A stretch of DNA of 64,000 bases from Macrostomum hystrix (Eukaryota > Animalia > Platyhelminthes): the NCBI GenBank assembly GCA_950097015.1, contig CATNEN010000038.1, positions 34,658,001 through 34,722,000 of the forward strand, written 5' to 3'. Below the pieces are notes generated by a model. The model was not told the origin of the DNA. It did not search any database and was given only the letters and a program-made list of their open reading frames with translations. This document shows positions 1-13,120 of this stretch, in pieces. The number at the start of each line of letters is the position of its first letter. Position 1 is the first letter of the stretch. The position numbers and the translations under genes are program-made.

Positions 1-1675
1 ACTACAGAATCCTCAATCTAGGTGTTTCCCAAACTACATAATCCTCAATCTAGGTATTTCCCAAGCTACAGAATCCTCAATCTAGGTATTTCCCAAACTA
101 CAGAATCCTCAATCTAGGTATTTCCCAAACTACAGAATCCTCAATCTAGGTATTTCCCAAACTACAGAATCCTCAATGTAGGTATTTCCCAAACTACAGA
201 ATTCTCAATCTAGGTATTTCCCAAACTACAGAATCCTCAATCTAGGTATTTCCCAAACTACAGAATCCTCAATCTAGGTATTTCCTAAACTACAGAATCC
301 TCAATGTAGGTATTTCCCAAACTACAGAATTCTCAATCTAGGTATTTCCTAAACTACAGAATCCTCAATCTAGGTATTTCCTAAACTACAGAATCCTCAA
401 TGTAGGTATTTCCCAAACTACAGAATCCTCAATCTAGGTATTTCCTAAACTACATAATCCTCAATCTAGGTATTTCCTAAACTACAGAATCCTCAATCTA
501 GGTATTTCCTAAACTACAGAATCCTCAATGTAGGTATTTCCCAAACTACAGAATCCTCAATCTAGGTATTTCCCAAACTACAGAATCCTCAATCTAGGTA
601 TTTCCTAAACTACAGAATTCTCAATCTAGGTATTTCCTAAACTACATAATCCTCAATCTAGGTATTTCCCAAACTACAGAATCCTCAATCTAGGTATTTC
701 CTAAACTACAGAATCCTCAATGTAGGTATTTCCCAAACTACATAATCCTCAATCTAGGTATTTCCTAAACTACAGAATCCTCAATCTAGGTATTTCCTAA
801 ACTACAGAATCCTCAATGTAGGTATTTCCCAAACTACAGAATCCTCAATCTAGGTATTTCCCAAACTACAGAATCCTCAATCTAGGTATTTCCTAAACTA
901 CAGAATTCTCAATCTAGGTATTTCCTAAACTACATAATCCTCAATCTAGGTATTTCCCAAACTACAGAATCCTCAATCTAGGTATTTCCTAAACTACAGA
1001 ATCCTCAATCTAGGTATTTCCCAAACTACATAATCCTCAATCTAGGTATTTCCCAAACTACAGAATCCTCAATCTAGGTATTTCCCAAACTACAGAATTC
1101 TCAATGTAGGTATTTCCTAAACTACATAATCCTCAATCTAGGTATTTCCTAAACTACAGAATTCTCAATCTAGGTATTTCCTAAACTACAGAATCCTCAA
1201 TCTAGGTATTTCCCAAACTACATAATCCTCAATCTAGGTATTTCCCAAACTACAGAATCCTCAATCTTGGTATTTCCCAAACTACAGAATTCTCAATCTA
1301 GGTATTTCCCAAACTACAGAATCCTCAATCTAGGTATTTCCCAAACTACAGAATCCTCAATCTAGGTATTTCCCAAACTACAGAATCCTCAATGTAGGTA
1401 TTTCCCAAACTACAGAATTCTCAATCTAGGTATTTCCCAAACTACAGAATCCTCAATCTAGGTATTTCCCAAACTACATAATCCTCAATCTAGGTATTTC
1501 CCAAACTACAGAATCCTCTATCTAGGTATTTCCCAAACTACATAATCCTCAATGTAGGTATTTCCCAAACTACATAATCCTCAATCTAGGTATTTCCCAA
1601 ACTACAGAATCCTCAATCTAGGTATTTCCCAAACTACAGAATCCTCAATCTAGGTATTTCCCAAACTACAGAACC
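1..1675. repeat. 32-bp minisatellite (ACTACAGAATCCTCAATCTAGGTATTTCCCAA)n, truncated by window start
   Basis: About 52 near-identical 32-bp units read directly. Confidence 0.97.
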
Positions 1676-1737
1676 TAGGTGGAAAGGTTCTAGCTAAGTA
1701 GTCTACCTGCTCGAACAACTTGCAGAAGGATTAAGCC

Positions 1738-2097
1738 ATGCTGGCCCAAGTCAACCAGTTGTTGAAGAAGTTTGCTATCAATCACCCGCAACTGTTCTAC
1801 CTCATGCCGTTAGCAATCGGCGGATTGACCTTCTACGCCTATAGGAGGGCCGCTTGTCTGCAGATGGCGCCTGAGACTATCATCCCATTCAGGCAGTATT
1901 ACTTTGTAGTCAGGCCGCAGGACGTTAGAGTCAACGAGGACAATGCTACCGGCTATAATTGGGACGATTTGCGCGCCTATCGCGACAAGTTTTATCCGAA
2001 TCTGCAGCGCCTACCAAAGCCCCCAACTGAACCGGGCCTGCTACCGCTGCGACCGTATCCTCGGGTTAACCTGCGAGTGCCTCAAGAGATGGAGTGA
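1738..2097 (+). CDS. Small single-pass membrane protein, possibly invertebrate-type complex I subunit NDUFA3-like
   Basis: 119-aa ORF with GCCATG start, preceded by an acceptor-like TTGCAG (~1725). One hydrophobic segment (LFYLMPLAIGGLTFYAY) is followed by FRQYYFVVRPQDVR, which resembles the YK..YVV.R.DDPR motif I recall from invertebrate NDUFA3-like proteins. Confidence 0.5.
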   Translation: MLAQVNQLLKKFAINHPQLFYLMPLAIGGLTFYAYRRAACLQMAPETIIPFRQYYFVVRPQDVRVNEDNATGYNWDDLRAYRDKFYPNLQRLPKPPTEPGLLPLRPYPRVNLRVPQEME

Positions 2098-2225
2098 TCG
2101 TGTAGTGCGGCTTGACTTGTAGGATTACTCACTTTATGCTGCTACTGTTCTACTAACTATTCACTTTGTTATTTTTAAACTGTCGTGGATTTAAAAAAAT
2201 TGACTGCTTTTTAAGTAACTCTTCG

Positions 2226-2471
2226 GTGAGCTCACGGAGTGACTCTAGTGAGTTCACGGAGTGACTTTTTTGAGTTCACGGAGTGACTCTTGTGAGTTCA
2301 CGGAGTGACTCTTGTGAGTTCACGGAGTGACTCTTGTGAGTTCACGGAGTGACTCTTGTGAGTTCACGGAGTGACTCTTGTGAGTTCACGGAGTGACTCT
2401 TGTGAGTTCACGGAGTGACTCTTGTGAGTTCACGGAGTGACTCTTGTGAGTTCACGGAGTGACTCTTGTGA
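2226..2471. repeat. 22-bp minisatellite (GAGTGACTCTTGTGAGTTCACG)n
   Basis: About 11 units. Confidence 0.95.
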
Positions 2472-3274
2472 AAACTTTAGATATATTTTTGGGGATTTCA
2501 GCGATTGGTTAATGTAGATGAGACTTATATAAAAGACATGCATTACGAAAGAAAAAACTACGATTTGAGTCTGTGAATTCAACCTGCTTGCCTTGTCTTG
2601 TAGTTGGTTTTACAGAATCTTTATTCTAACAAGCAGGAGCTTGATAGGCTATTTAGATCATAATTTTCTAACTTAGCTTAGCTCTTGCACTAGATTTTCA
2701 ATATGAATAAAAACTAGCATTGTTCTAACTCTATTAGCAGTTAACTTTGTTACTAAGATAATAACTTATCACTGCAAGATAGAAAATACACTGAACCATT
2801 TAAGTGTTATAAAAGTAATCATTTAAGTTGACTTAAATGATTTGTCTAACATAAGTGTATAAACTGCCTTAAAAAAAAGAAGACATGTAGAAATATTCTT
2901 TGTTGCTATGCTACACTACTTGATTTTTTTATTTTCTGTAGTTTGTTGTCAATCATCCGACAATGAGACACAATATTAACGGTCCCTTTGGCAATGCTTT
3001 GTTTCGGCTGTGGAAAAAAATTGGGGGAAAATTGAAAGCATGATTGACAGCGCAAACTGGGATCAGAGAGCCTCACTGGATGTGGGATTAATTTCAGAAA
3101 ATTTTGTTGAAGCAGCAGTCCGTGAGAGTTATAATTTATGGAAAACACAAGTGAACATTTTAAATATATATTTGGGACTAAATGCATGGCCACATCACTT
3201 CACTTATTAAAAAGTTTCGCTTAAGGATTGTGAGCTAACTTAGAGAATCGGAAAGTATGTCGATTTAGAAGTAG

Positions 3275-3535
3275 AATGTAGGGAGTTCAGAAGCTATAGA
3301 TGTAGGGAGTTCAGAAGCTATAGATGTAGGGAGTTCAGAAGCTAGGTGTAGGGAGTTCAGAAGCTATAGATGTAGGGAGTTCAGAAGCTATAGATGTAGG
3401 GAGTTCAGAAGCTAGGTGTAGGGAGTTGAGAAGCTATATATAGGGAGTTCAGAAGCTAGGTGTAGGGAGTTGAGAAGCTAGATAAAGGGAGTTTAGAAGC
3501 TAGATGTAGGGAGTTGAGAAGCTAGATGTAGGGAT
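3275..3535. repeat. 22-24-bp degenerate minisatellite (TAGGGAGTTCAGAAGCTATAGATG)n
   Basis: About 11 variable units. Confidence 0.9.
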
Positions 3536-4064
3536 TCGAGGATCGGTTTTTCGGCAGCAGGCCTTCTACATCTAGATTTGTTTTTTTGAGGCTATGACTC
3601 AAGTAGTCGGGGGAACCCACAAGCATGGACCCTCGCGACCATTCGCAATTCAGTTTAAGGTTCTTTTTAAACTAATTTTTTCTTTGAAAACAACAGTCCT
3701 CCAGATGCGATCTGCCTATTACTGTGGCATTTTTTGCTGACTCTCGACAATGTGAACTGCTCAGCAGAGACAAGACAAGGGCTGCTGTACTGCCGCCTCT
3801 GCTAGATGAGTGACGTCCTGCTTTTTGTTCGCTTCATTGCGTATTTTGTATATTCACTAGTGCTAGCAGATGTTAAATACTATGAGCTTGCCTAAATGAC
3901 AGCCGAACAATATTACTGGCTTCCAAATCGGTTTGCTTTTCACAATCAGCTGACTTCAATTGTTATTAAGAGATTTTCTAACCAGCAGATTTCCTTTGTT
4001 CTTGAAGAATTCCTATGTAGCTGATTTTTGTGTCCTGTGGTATTTTCAATCAAAGAATATTGAC

Positions 4065-4340
4065 ATTTCTCAGTCTAAGAAACTCCAGCACCGCAGGATT
4101 TCCCAGTCTAAAAATCTTCAGCACCGCAGGATTTCCCATTCAAAGAATCTCCAGCACCGCAGGATTTCCCAGTCTAAAAATCTCCAGCACCGCAGGATTT
4201 CCCAGTCTAAGAATCTCCAGCACCGCAGGATTTCCCAGTCTAAAAATCTTCAGCACCGCAGGATTTCCCATTCAAAGAATCTCCAGCACCGCAGGATTTC
4301 CCAGTCTAAAAATCTCCAGCACCGCAGGATTTCCCAGTCG
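4065..4340. repeat. 33-bp minisatellite (CCAGCACCGCAGGATTTCCCAGTCTAAAAATCT)n
   Basis: About 8 units; explains the spurious ORFs at 3960 and 4030. Confidence 0.95.
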
Positions 4341-5659
4341 ATGAACCTCTAGGAAAGTTGTGAATGTTGTTTTGAGTGATGCAATTCGATTAGTTAAAAA
4401 GTATTGGGTATAAACAATTGACAATAAAAGCATTTAAGAGCAGCTGAAACTCTTGAGCCGGACTGTTCTGGAATCCCCTTCATCGGCCAGCCATGGGAAT
4501 GGGGATTTTTCCATCCGAAACTGTCTACGCTCGTTTATAGGCGCCGCTGCGGCTGTCGGCGATTCCCAAACAACAATCAAACCAGTCCCAACATCAGCTT
4601 TAGGGGCATTGTGACGAGAAGGCGCTAATTCTAGATGATGAGTTCCAACTCTATGAGTGCTCCTTTGTCTCAAATTGAATGCGCGATGAAATATGAAGGG
4701 TTGGCCTGGCTGCGGAGCAGTTTGGGGGCTTTGGGTAGCTGCTGGATCGGCCGTTCACGCCTCTCCTCTCCTGTTCATTGTTTTTTTATGAAGCCCATTT
4801 GGCCGCGGTGACAGCTGCCGCGGCTTTGCCTAGGGGTGAAGCGGAGGGGGTCGGGAGCCGCCGTTCTGCAGGTGACGAGGACGTGGGTGACGGTTTTTTC
4901 CTCGGCCTCTGCTGGTACCGGCGTGAAGGCGTTAGGAATTTTATCACCCTCATCAAACTGGGCACTGGGACTGCTTGTTGGTCAGTGAAATTTTGAGATC
5001 GTTGCGAGATGAAGCGGGTATCACTATCAACTGAGTTCGCGTTTTTCTATGCCCATTATTTACCTGGATTCATTCTGATCAATATACATCTATCTAGCTC
5101 GTAGATCAGTTAATAATAATAATATTGTTATTATATACGCTATTTCCCCCTCCCTGGGGAAAGACCCACGGGGGGTGTTTCAAATACCCGCTGCCTACTC
5201 AAACCTAATGACCGATTTTCGTCAAAGTCCACCATATGGATAAAATTGTCCACCCTTTACTGTGAACTAACATTCAAAGCCGTCCGACGTCAGCATCTTC
5301 GAGTTATTCAGCTATTTTTGTCGAAGAACCTGGCTGCGAAGAACCCCTTGCTAGTTTAATTTAGCAAACAATAATAGCTGTCATGGTTAAATTAAGAAAT
5401 CTTTTGAGCAGAAATATTATGTCGATATTGATGGTTTTTGCCACCAGATACCCCCCCGACGAGAATCCTTAAAATATCTCGTCGATATCGATGTTTAGTG
5501 ATTGTAAAATAGTTTTCATCGGCTAGAGCGGAAAATTTCAGCCTGTATTTTTATGGCAATTGGTTTAACATTTTGGAACATACAGAAAAAGAACAATGTG
5601 CATGGGTATTTGAAATATCACTTATCACTTTAAAAAAAAAATTTTTTTACTGCAGTCAA

Positions 5660-5753
5660 GGGCACAAATGAATGTGGCCTCGCCGCGGAATCGAGCTTAG
5701 CTACCTTGGTGTGAGAGGCAAACTCGTTAACCGCTCTGCCACTCACTACCCCT
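5660..5753 (-). mobile_element. SINE family 1, tRNA-like 5' head only
   Basis: Reverse complement GAGTGGCAGAGCGGTTAACG...AGCTCGATTCCGCGGCGAGGCCACATTCATTTG matches the head of the full copy at 25866. Confidence 0.85.
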
Positions 5754-7453
5754 ATCTAGATCAGTTTACACATTATCTACAGATTTACCTAAGTCATTCT
5801 AAATCATTTTAGATCTATCTAAATTCATGTAAGCCAATCTTGATCAATTTAAATTTATCTATTTATAGATCTCAATTTCAATCTGTCCTTCCATCTATCT
5901 ACCTGTCTGTCCTTGATCTATATTTTTAAGAATCTCTCATGCTATTTTATATAGCTCTTGCCATGGCTCTGGTTATAAAGGGGCTCATTGTTTCTACGCA
6001 CGAGAAGTCACACTTCAACTCAGCTCTGGCATGGCCATAATCCCACACGACTGCCCTACTGCAGCCTCTCTGTTTTCATCTCTCTCTCTCTCTCATTTTT
6101 TATTCTTTTGTTCTCTTGCAGCAAGGTGTCAGAGAGAGAGAGTGAAATGGGGGCAAGACTTTGGAGTTGCACACAATGCAACTTTTCACTGCAGAAACTT
6201 TATCGCTTAGCTAAAGCGCGCCACCACACAGTCTCCTGTCCTTCCCTAGGGCCTCCCTACGGGATCGATACCTCAGCCTTTAGATCCCCAGGTGCGCGCG
6301 AGTCCAGATGAAATTATATAAATGAGGCGAACGCAACTGCCGTCAGTAGGAAGACCACGCTAGTTCCCCCCCACTAGAGAGAAGAGAAAAGACATTTAAT
6401 TAATCTAAAATAGTAAGAATTATAGCCAGCATGGTTACGCCACCACACAGCCCGACGAGAATCGTTGAACATCTTGACGATGCCGATGTTTAGTGATTGT
6501 GAAAGATTTTTCATCGGATAAAGCGGAATATTGTAGCTCATTTTCTTGATTTTTATGCATGGCGATTGGTTGAGTATTTTTGGGAGATATGGGTAAAAGA
6601 GAAGTTTGGGTGTTTGCAATCCAATAGAATTGATTGGTCTTTCTACTGTTAATGGCTTAAAGCACTTCCTGACTAGCGGGAGCCAATGGAGCTTGACTCT
6701 GTCATCTGTCTTCATTTTCTCTGACTAACTTCTGCTCACATCTTAATCATCTTGATCGCTGCTGTTTGTCTCTGCCAAATGCAGTATAAAACTGCAGAAG
6801 GATTCATATTTTTCCTGATTGGAAAGTTGAGCACTGCATGGCCACTCTAGCTCAGCTGCCGTGTCGTCTGGCTGACTCTGTCGGCAATTTATCTATCTGA
6901 TGAAGGCATTCCGATTTGATACTGCCTTTTTTACTGCCAGCAGGAAAAAGCTCCTGATTGTTTGTTCTGCTCGGCGGATGTGTCTGCGGATTGAGGCCCC
7001 GTGGTAATATAAATTCCCGCCTTAAATCCCAGTTGGTCAGGGTGTGTTGTGTGTTCAATGTAAGGCCATAAATAAAATTGGCCAAAAAACTGTTCGCGCA
7101 GTTTCATTTTATGATGACACCATAACTAACCTCCTGAAGGAATGCTTTTACAAGTCAGAGATTTCACGACTCACACGTTTTTTTGTTTAAGATTTCATAG
7201 AAAAGACGCAATTTAATTAGAGAAATTCAGATTTTCTACAATGAACACAATTAGAAGAAAATATTTACTGATAGTCTGCACATACACAACAAATGTTGAC
7301 GACAATTTATAGCTTCTATAGGGGAAAGACACAATCGATAAGATATACAATGTTATGAAGCGTTACGAGTGGCGACTTTCTATTATGTTGTTGTTGATTT
7401 TAAGTTCTCAACGGTCGCAATTTAAAAATTCTTGATATCCTCTATGCAAGAAG

Positions 7454-10400
7454 CTAGACAAAGCTAGATGTCATGTAGGGAGTCTTGCAGACAGTTGCCA
7501 CCACTGCGGCCGCTGTTGGCGAAGACGATGACGCTTCGGTCAGCATGGCGTAGCCTTGCGGGTCGAAGCCTTTCAGCTGCGGGCCTTCCATCTTTGGCAG
7601 AGACTTGTTGGGACTCTTCGCCGACTCCGGCTGCTGGTTCTCCGGCGGCAGTTTCGATGTCGCAGCCGTTCCGTAGACTTTACGTGGCAAGCGTTCCGAG
7701 TAGTTTTTACCATAGACAGCGGCGTAGCTGCAGCCGCTGCTGACGTTCGGGTCCACCGCGGAAGCTGCCACAGGCGCCCCAGCGGCCGTTTGCAGATAGC
7801 CAATGCTGGGGAATCGAACTAGCGACCCTCGGCCAGCCCCGGTGCCTCGCCGGCTGCCTGCATGTCTCGAATTGTCTATGGCCATGGTTGCCGAGTGGTA
7901 GAAGCCTCCGGACGTAGACGCATGTGGCGGTTGCTGCTGTACTCGGCCAGTTGTGGATGACTTGAGAATGTCCGGCTGACAGCGCAGCATGCTAGATTCA
8001 CTGGGGTCGTCCACCTGGATTCATATTTGCAGGTGCACGGATTGACCTGAGCGGGCACATCGAAACTTATTTTGACTTTATCGAAGGAACTTACCATCTC
8101 GACATTGGACGCATTGGCCTTGTCGTACCAAGCCGAGCTAGAGACCGCCATTGCTGCTGGCTCGTCTCGTCGACGACCTGAAAATCGATTAGTTAATGGG
8201 CCGAATTATTTCCTGTACGAGTGGATGGGGAAGAAAATTTTGTAGCTTTGATGAACGTTCGAAACGCAAAACATTGCCTAGAGGATCTTCGATTTGTCAA
8301 AATGAGTCGGTGACAAAGAGCTGGGATGCAGGAACTGCTTCTGTATCATCTGTCAATTTCGGCCGGCTCTAAGGTAGGGTGCGGGCAATTGCCAAATTGC
8401 TCAGTCCTGAAAAGTATTCGATCTCAAAGAAGCAAAATGGATTGTTGTAGGCTATTATATTCGAAAACTTGCTAGTACGCTCATCGCAATACGACTAAAG
8501 AGCTTTTGAGCTGAGTTGAGATCAAAGACGAGCCAACAGAGAAAATATTTCCTATAGGCCATTTCACAAAAGACTGGCCTTTTCAAAAAACATTGTTGGA
8601 ACTAATTTACGCAAAAAGAAGAGCTGTCTATTGATTCGAACTTTTGCTCACCTCTAATGTGTACATAGACCAGCACGCCCAGCAGCAGAACAAAGACTAG
8701 GAACACCACCCCAGCCAGGCAGAGGAGAATGAGCACATGCTGCTCGGCCTCCATGCCGGCGCCTTGGCCTGGCGGACTGCGGCGTCCGGCTCCTTGAAGT
8801 GTTCCGCCGTCGGGCGCACTTCCACCGGCGCTGCCGCCTACGTCAGGAACGCTGCCTACGGACGGATCAATGACGCGGATGTACAATGCCTCAGCTCGGC
8901 TGCTCAGCGATGGCTGGCCGCGGTCGCTCACTCGTACAACGAGGCGTAGTACATCTGAACTGTCAGCGCCCGAATCTGCAACCCTGATGGTCGGCTTTAC
9001 CAGGGTGACGATACCGTGCATCGGGTCCACGCTGAAGTGGCCGTGGTCAGAACCGACCAGGCTGAATGTGAGGGTGCCGTTCGCTCCTGCGTCTGGGTCG
9101 ACGGCCTTCAGCTGCGTCACCTGCGTGCCAGCTGGGCTCACCGCGCTCAAGTTGCACCAGGTGGACAGGCCGATGAATTCCGGCGCATTGTCGTTCACAT
9201 CGAGCAAAACGATGGTTGCATGCCCCGTGCCAATCCGGCTTCCGTCGTTGACGCCGACTGCGCGCAACTCCAAGCTCAGAATCTCCTGACGCTCGCGGTC
9301 CAAGTTGCCGCGAGCGTACAGTCGGTTATTGACGAAAAAGAAGCTTGCCCCAGTAACGCCACCGCTGCTACCGCCAACTTCGTATCGAATCCTGGCGTTG
9401 ATGCCAACATCCGCGTCCGTGGCTTGAACCTCGCCTATGAAACGCTCCGAGTTGTTCCGACCGTAATCCTCCAGAATGCTGAAGCTGTAATCTTTGTTGG
9501 CGAAGACTGGCGCCGAGTCGTCTTGGTCCTCGACATTGACTTCTATAGAAATAGTCGCTGTCTGTTGGAGAGGCTTTCCATTGTCGGTGACAATTACGGA
9601 GAAGCTGAATTGGTCGCGAATCTCTCGATCGAGGCTCACAAGCGTCAGCAAGTCTGCTCCGCCCACCACGTTGCGACTCGCCTGCAATGTGAAGAACTGC
9701 TGCACGATGCTATCGGCGAACCTGTAGGTTAGCCTGGCATTCTCTCCCAAGTCGCGATCGGTGGCACTGATGCGGCCAACTAAAGTGCCGGCTGGCTGGT
9801 TCTCTGGCGTCCTGAATTGGTACAGCAGCCGGTCCGGCATCGGGCTGTTGTCATTCTGGTCCTGGATTTCCACCCGCACCTCGGAGCGACGCTCTTTTGG
9901 CTGCGGTCCACGATCGCGACAAATGATCTCCACGCCTATCCAGCGACCATCGCGCACCGTCAACGCTTCACGATCAAAGGTCACGCCGGACAATTTACGC
10001 AGTTTATAAGTCACATGTGGCCCGTCAGCCAGCAGCTGCAGCAGCTCGAACTGGTGACGCTGCGCTTCGGCAATGGCGCAGTTCACGCTGCCGTTCTCGC
10101 CTTCGTCCTCGTCGCGAACAATCACGCGAGCTAGAATCACCTTGCTCGGATCGTTCTCGACTACTGACGACGCCTTGCCGTCGATCAGTTGCACTGTGAT
10201 GTTTGGATAGTGATCATTGCAGTCTGTCACGCGTAGTTCAATTTCAGCCTCGGTTTTTAGACCGCCGGAATCCTCAGCTAACAGTGGCAGGTACAGCGCC
10301 CTCTGCCGCACTGTCTCATAGTCTAGCGATCTGTTCTGCATCAACTGGTCGCGTAGAATGTAAAACGAGCTGGTAACCTCCGGATTGGCTGTGCCGGCAA

Positions 10401-11286
10401 TTCGAAAACGGATTCTTTTGTCCTCATCCGCATCCGTGGCAACAAGATGCAGCAGCGGCTGGTGCAACGGACCGCACTCGGACAGCACCAACCGGCCGCT
10501 GGAAAGCCGCCAGACCGGTCGATTGTCGTTGGTGTCCAGAACGCGAATAATAATCTCTAGTCGCTCGCCATCGTCAGGAAATTCGGCGTCGCCGGCCAGT
10601 AGTTCCAGCTGGTAGCTGTCTTTGGTTTCGCGGTCCAGCTGACGAACCAGCTCCAGCATTGGCACGCGGCGTCCGCTGCGGTCCTCCATCGCTAACTTGA
10701 AGTACTGCCCGGCGTCGCCTTTGGGCGATAGTCGATACGTCACACCGTCGTAGCGCTCTGAATCGGCGTCCTCGGCGATTGGCAGCGAATATTTCACGGG
10801 CGGTTGGTCCGACTCCGCGATGCTCAGAATGAATGGACGATTCGCTTGACGAAACTCCGGCCGCTGGTCGTTAACATCCGTGATGGCCACGTGTACAGCG
10901 AACACTTCCTCCGCTCCAGAGTCACCGTGTCGCGCCTCTACGTTGAAGGCTCTCTCGCAGCTAGTCCGCTTTGTACCTGGACACAGGGCCTCACGATCTA
11001 TGCGTCTCCTGCCGGTTGTCACTTCACCGGTGTCCTGGTTCACGGGAAACAGCTCCCGCAACTCGTCAGTGGGATAACTGGCCGAGAATCGGCTCCCCTC
11101 GGGAAGACTGAAGCGGCTCTTCAGGTTGCCGATCACGTGACCCGAGGCTGTCTCCTCGGCAACCGTCAGGCTGACGACTCGAGGTGCTGCGAGTCCGACG
11201 GCTGTCGCCACAGCGGCGAACGCCAAAGTCATTGTCAGTAGTTTGGCCTGGCTAGTCCACGGTATCATTGTGCAACTGTTTAACAT
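7454..11286 (-). CDS. Protocadherin with 7 extracellular cadherin repeats (delta1-like architecture), 3 coding exons
   Basis: Signal peptide, 7 EC repeats with DRE/DYE, DxNDxxP and AxDxD motifs, EC1 DREALC cysteine motif, TM segment VLILLCLAGVVFLVFVLLLGVLVYV. Phase-consistent exons 11286-8652 (AG|GTGAG), 8177-8095 (ATG|GTAAG) and 8014-7454 (CCAG|GTG). Ends ...MTSSFV. Confidence 0.92.
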
Positions 11287-12812
11287 TATTTGTTTGCAAC
11301 TATCGTGAAATTTTCGAATTCAGTAGTACCCTATTGACGAAATACAACTGTGGGCTAGTGTTAAAGTGACAAATTTTCTACATTTCGGCGTTCGCATTCC
11401 GTAAATTTATTTATACTCATTATCCGTTGGTAGGCTGGCCTCAGCTTCCTCAGCTTCATCTCCTCTGTGATTGCCGCCTGACGCTTGGACCGATCAGATT
11501 GGCTCTCCGTCTCTCTGAGCAATGAGGCAGCGATGATGTGGCCCACACGTGAGCACCAGCCGCCGCGTGTCATTGGTTGATCGCCTAGTCCCCAACTCCA
11601 GTGGCAACTCAGCCCCGCGGGGCCTAATCGCGATTTTTGAGACCACTCTCAAGATACTCATTAGGCTCACGATTTTTGGAAATTCGGGACGCACAAATTT
11701 TAGTTCCTCTTTTCAAAATTCAACGATTTGACTGAAGAAAATTTGGCCAGCGTTCACGATGCACGAAGTATCAGAGTTAGTTTTACATGTACTCCTAAAT
11801 ATACTCCTATAGCTATCTATACACAGCCAACACAAGGAACCCTAGCAAAAGGATCGCAAAGTTACCAGAAGCAAGTCAAATACAATAAAACCAGTGGTAC
11901 AACGCTTCCAGTGGGCTGATTTTAACTTAACAACCAAATAGAACCAGACCATTGCTTCGGGCGTTCTCCGAACTCAGTGTCGCAGTCAAACAAGTTGAGC
12001 AGTATCAGAAAATGTTATTTCCTAATTTCCCAAGGGTGTCATACTCTGGGAGTGAAGAGACTATAGTTATATAGTATAGGAGGTTCTCTTGTTGGTAGTG
12101 GTGGAGGAAAAAATTCAATTCTAAAATTTGGTTCCAATGGTAAGTCGGTAACCCCCAGGGGTGCCTGTCTGATGAATTGAATGAATGAGCCAGTGAAATA
12201 AAAATCTGTGCGTAGAAAAGAAACGAAATAATTCTAACTAAGTAAAGCGACCAACCACCCCACTCCCCTAATCAGCAGCCACTCCGGAGCTGCGTGCATT
12301 CAATTTAATTTGAAAATAATTACACGCCTAATCTGCACAGCCTACAGTCGCTGAATTATTAAACGCTTCACTACCTGCAGCCAAGGTGTGGGAGACCAGG
12401 TGGAGTGACAGAAATGTCACCTACCTACCTACCTACCTGGTATTTTATGCGCTTGCTCCTTTTTAAACCACATTAATTTAATTTATTCGCTCATGCGTTT
12501 CAACCCAGTGTGTTTCGTGGATTCCTGATTAAAAAAGCTGTTATATTTCAAAAGCAAAAAAACTGATTGACATTCGTCAGGCAGGGTGACTGGGCCGGGC
12601 GGCAACAAAGGGATTTTCGCTATTATTATTCGTGCGCCAGATGAGCTGCTCATTGAAGCGAGAGAATACCTGCTCTAGCGGTAGAGACTGCAGAAGAGGG
12701 CTGCTCACTTCACTAGCAGACAACAGGCAGTGCTCGCTCCCCTGTCCCATATTGTGTTTTGAGGAAAATTGTTTTTATTAAATAAAGCCGGCGCTAAGTA
12801 TGAGAAGTAATT

Positions 12813-13120
12813 CATTTGCCTTCTCGCACCAAGGTCCCTGAGCTCGATTCCGCGGCGAGGCCACATTCATTTCGGGCGCCAGCCGCGGAGAGAAGGCTTG
12901 GGGGCTTGTCGTGCAATTTAAACCCTTGAGGGTCAACCTACAAGGCACAGTGCGAGTGTACACTGCCTGACGATGAGAAAGTCAGGGCAGATGTACACAC
13001 CTGTGTGCGTGTGCTCAGGACTCAGCGAAATGGGCAGACCTATACCTCCCCACTGACTGCGGGTCTAGTATCACCAAATGATGTGCCATTGCCCGCAGCC
13101 CTCCTGCAATTATTATTATT
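12813..13120 (+). mobile_element. SINE family 1 copy (5'-clipped)
   Basis: Colinear with 25866-26230; ends in (TTA)n. Confidence 0.9.

Noticed and set aside
2906-7085. Short ORFs at 2906-3210, 4434-4996 and 5988-7085
   Set aside because: No motifs or splice support; they probably overlap decayed repeats
8737-11241. Plus-strand ORFs overlapping the protocadherin
   Set aside because: Antisense shadows of a GC-rich coding exon
12165-12210. CTGATGA...GAAA hammerhead-like spacing
   Set aside because: Weak stem II; stems I and III not found
12960-13000. CTGACGA...GAAA in SINE1 as a hammerhead ribozyme core
   Set aside because: No room for stem II, and CCTGAC pairs with the downstream GTCAGG in a simple hairpin
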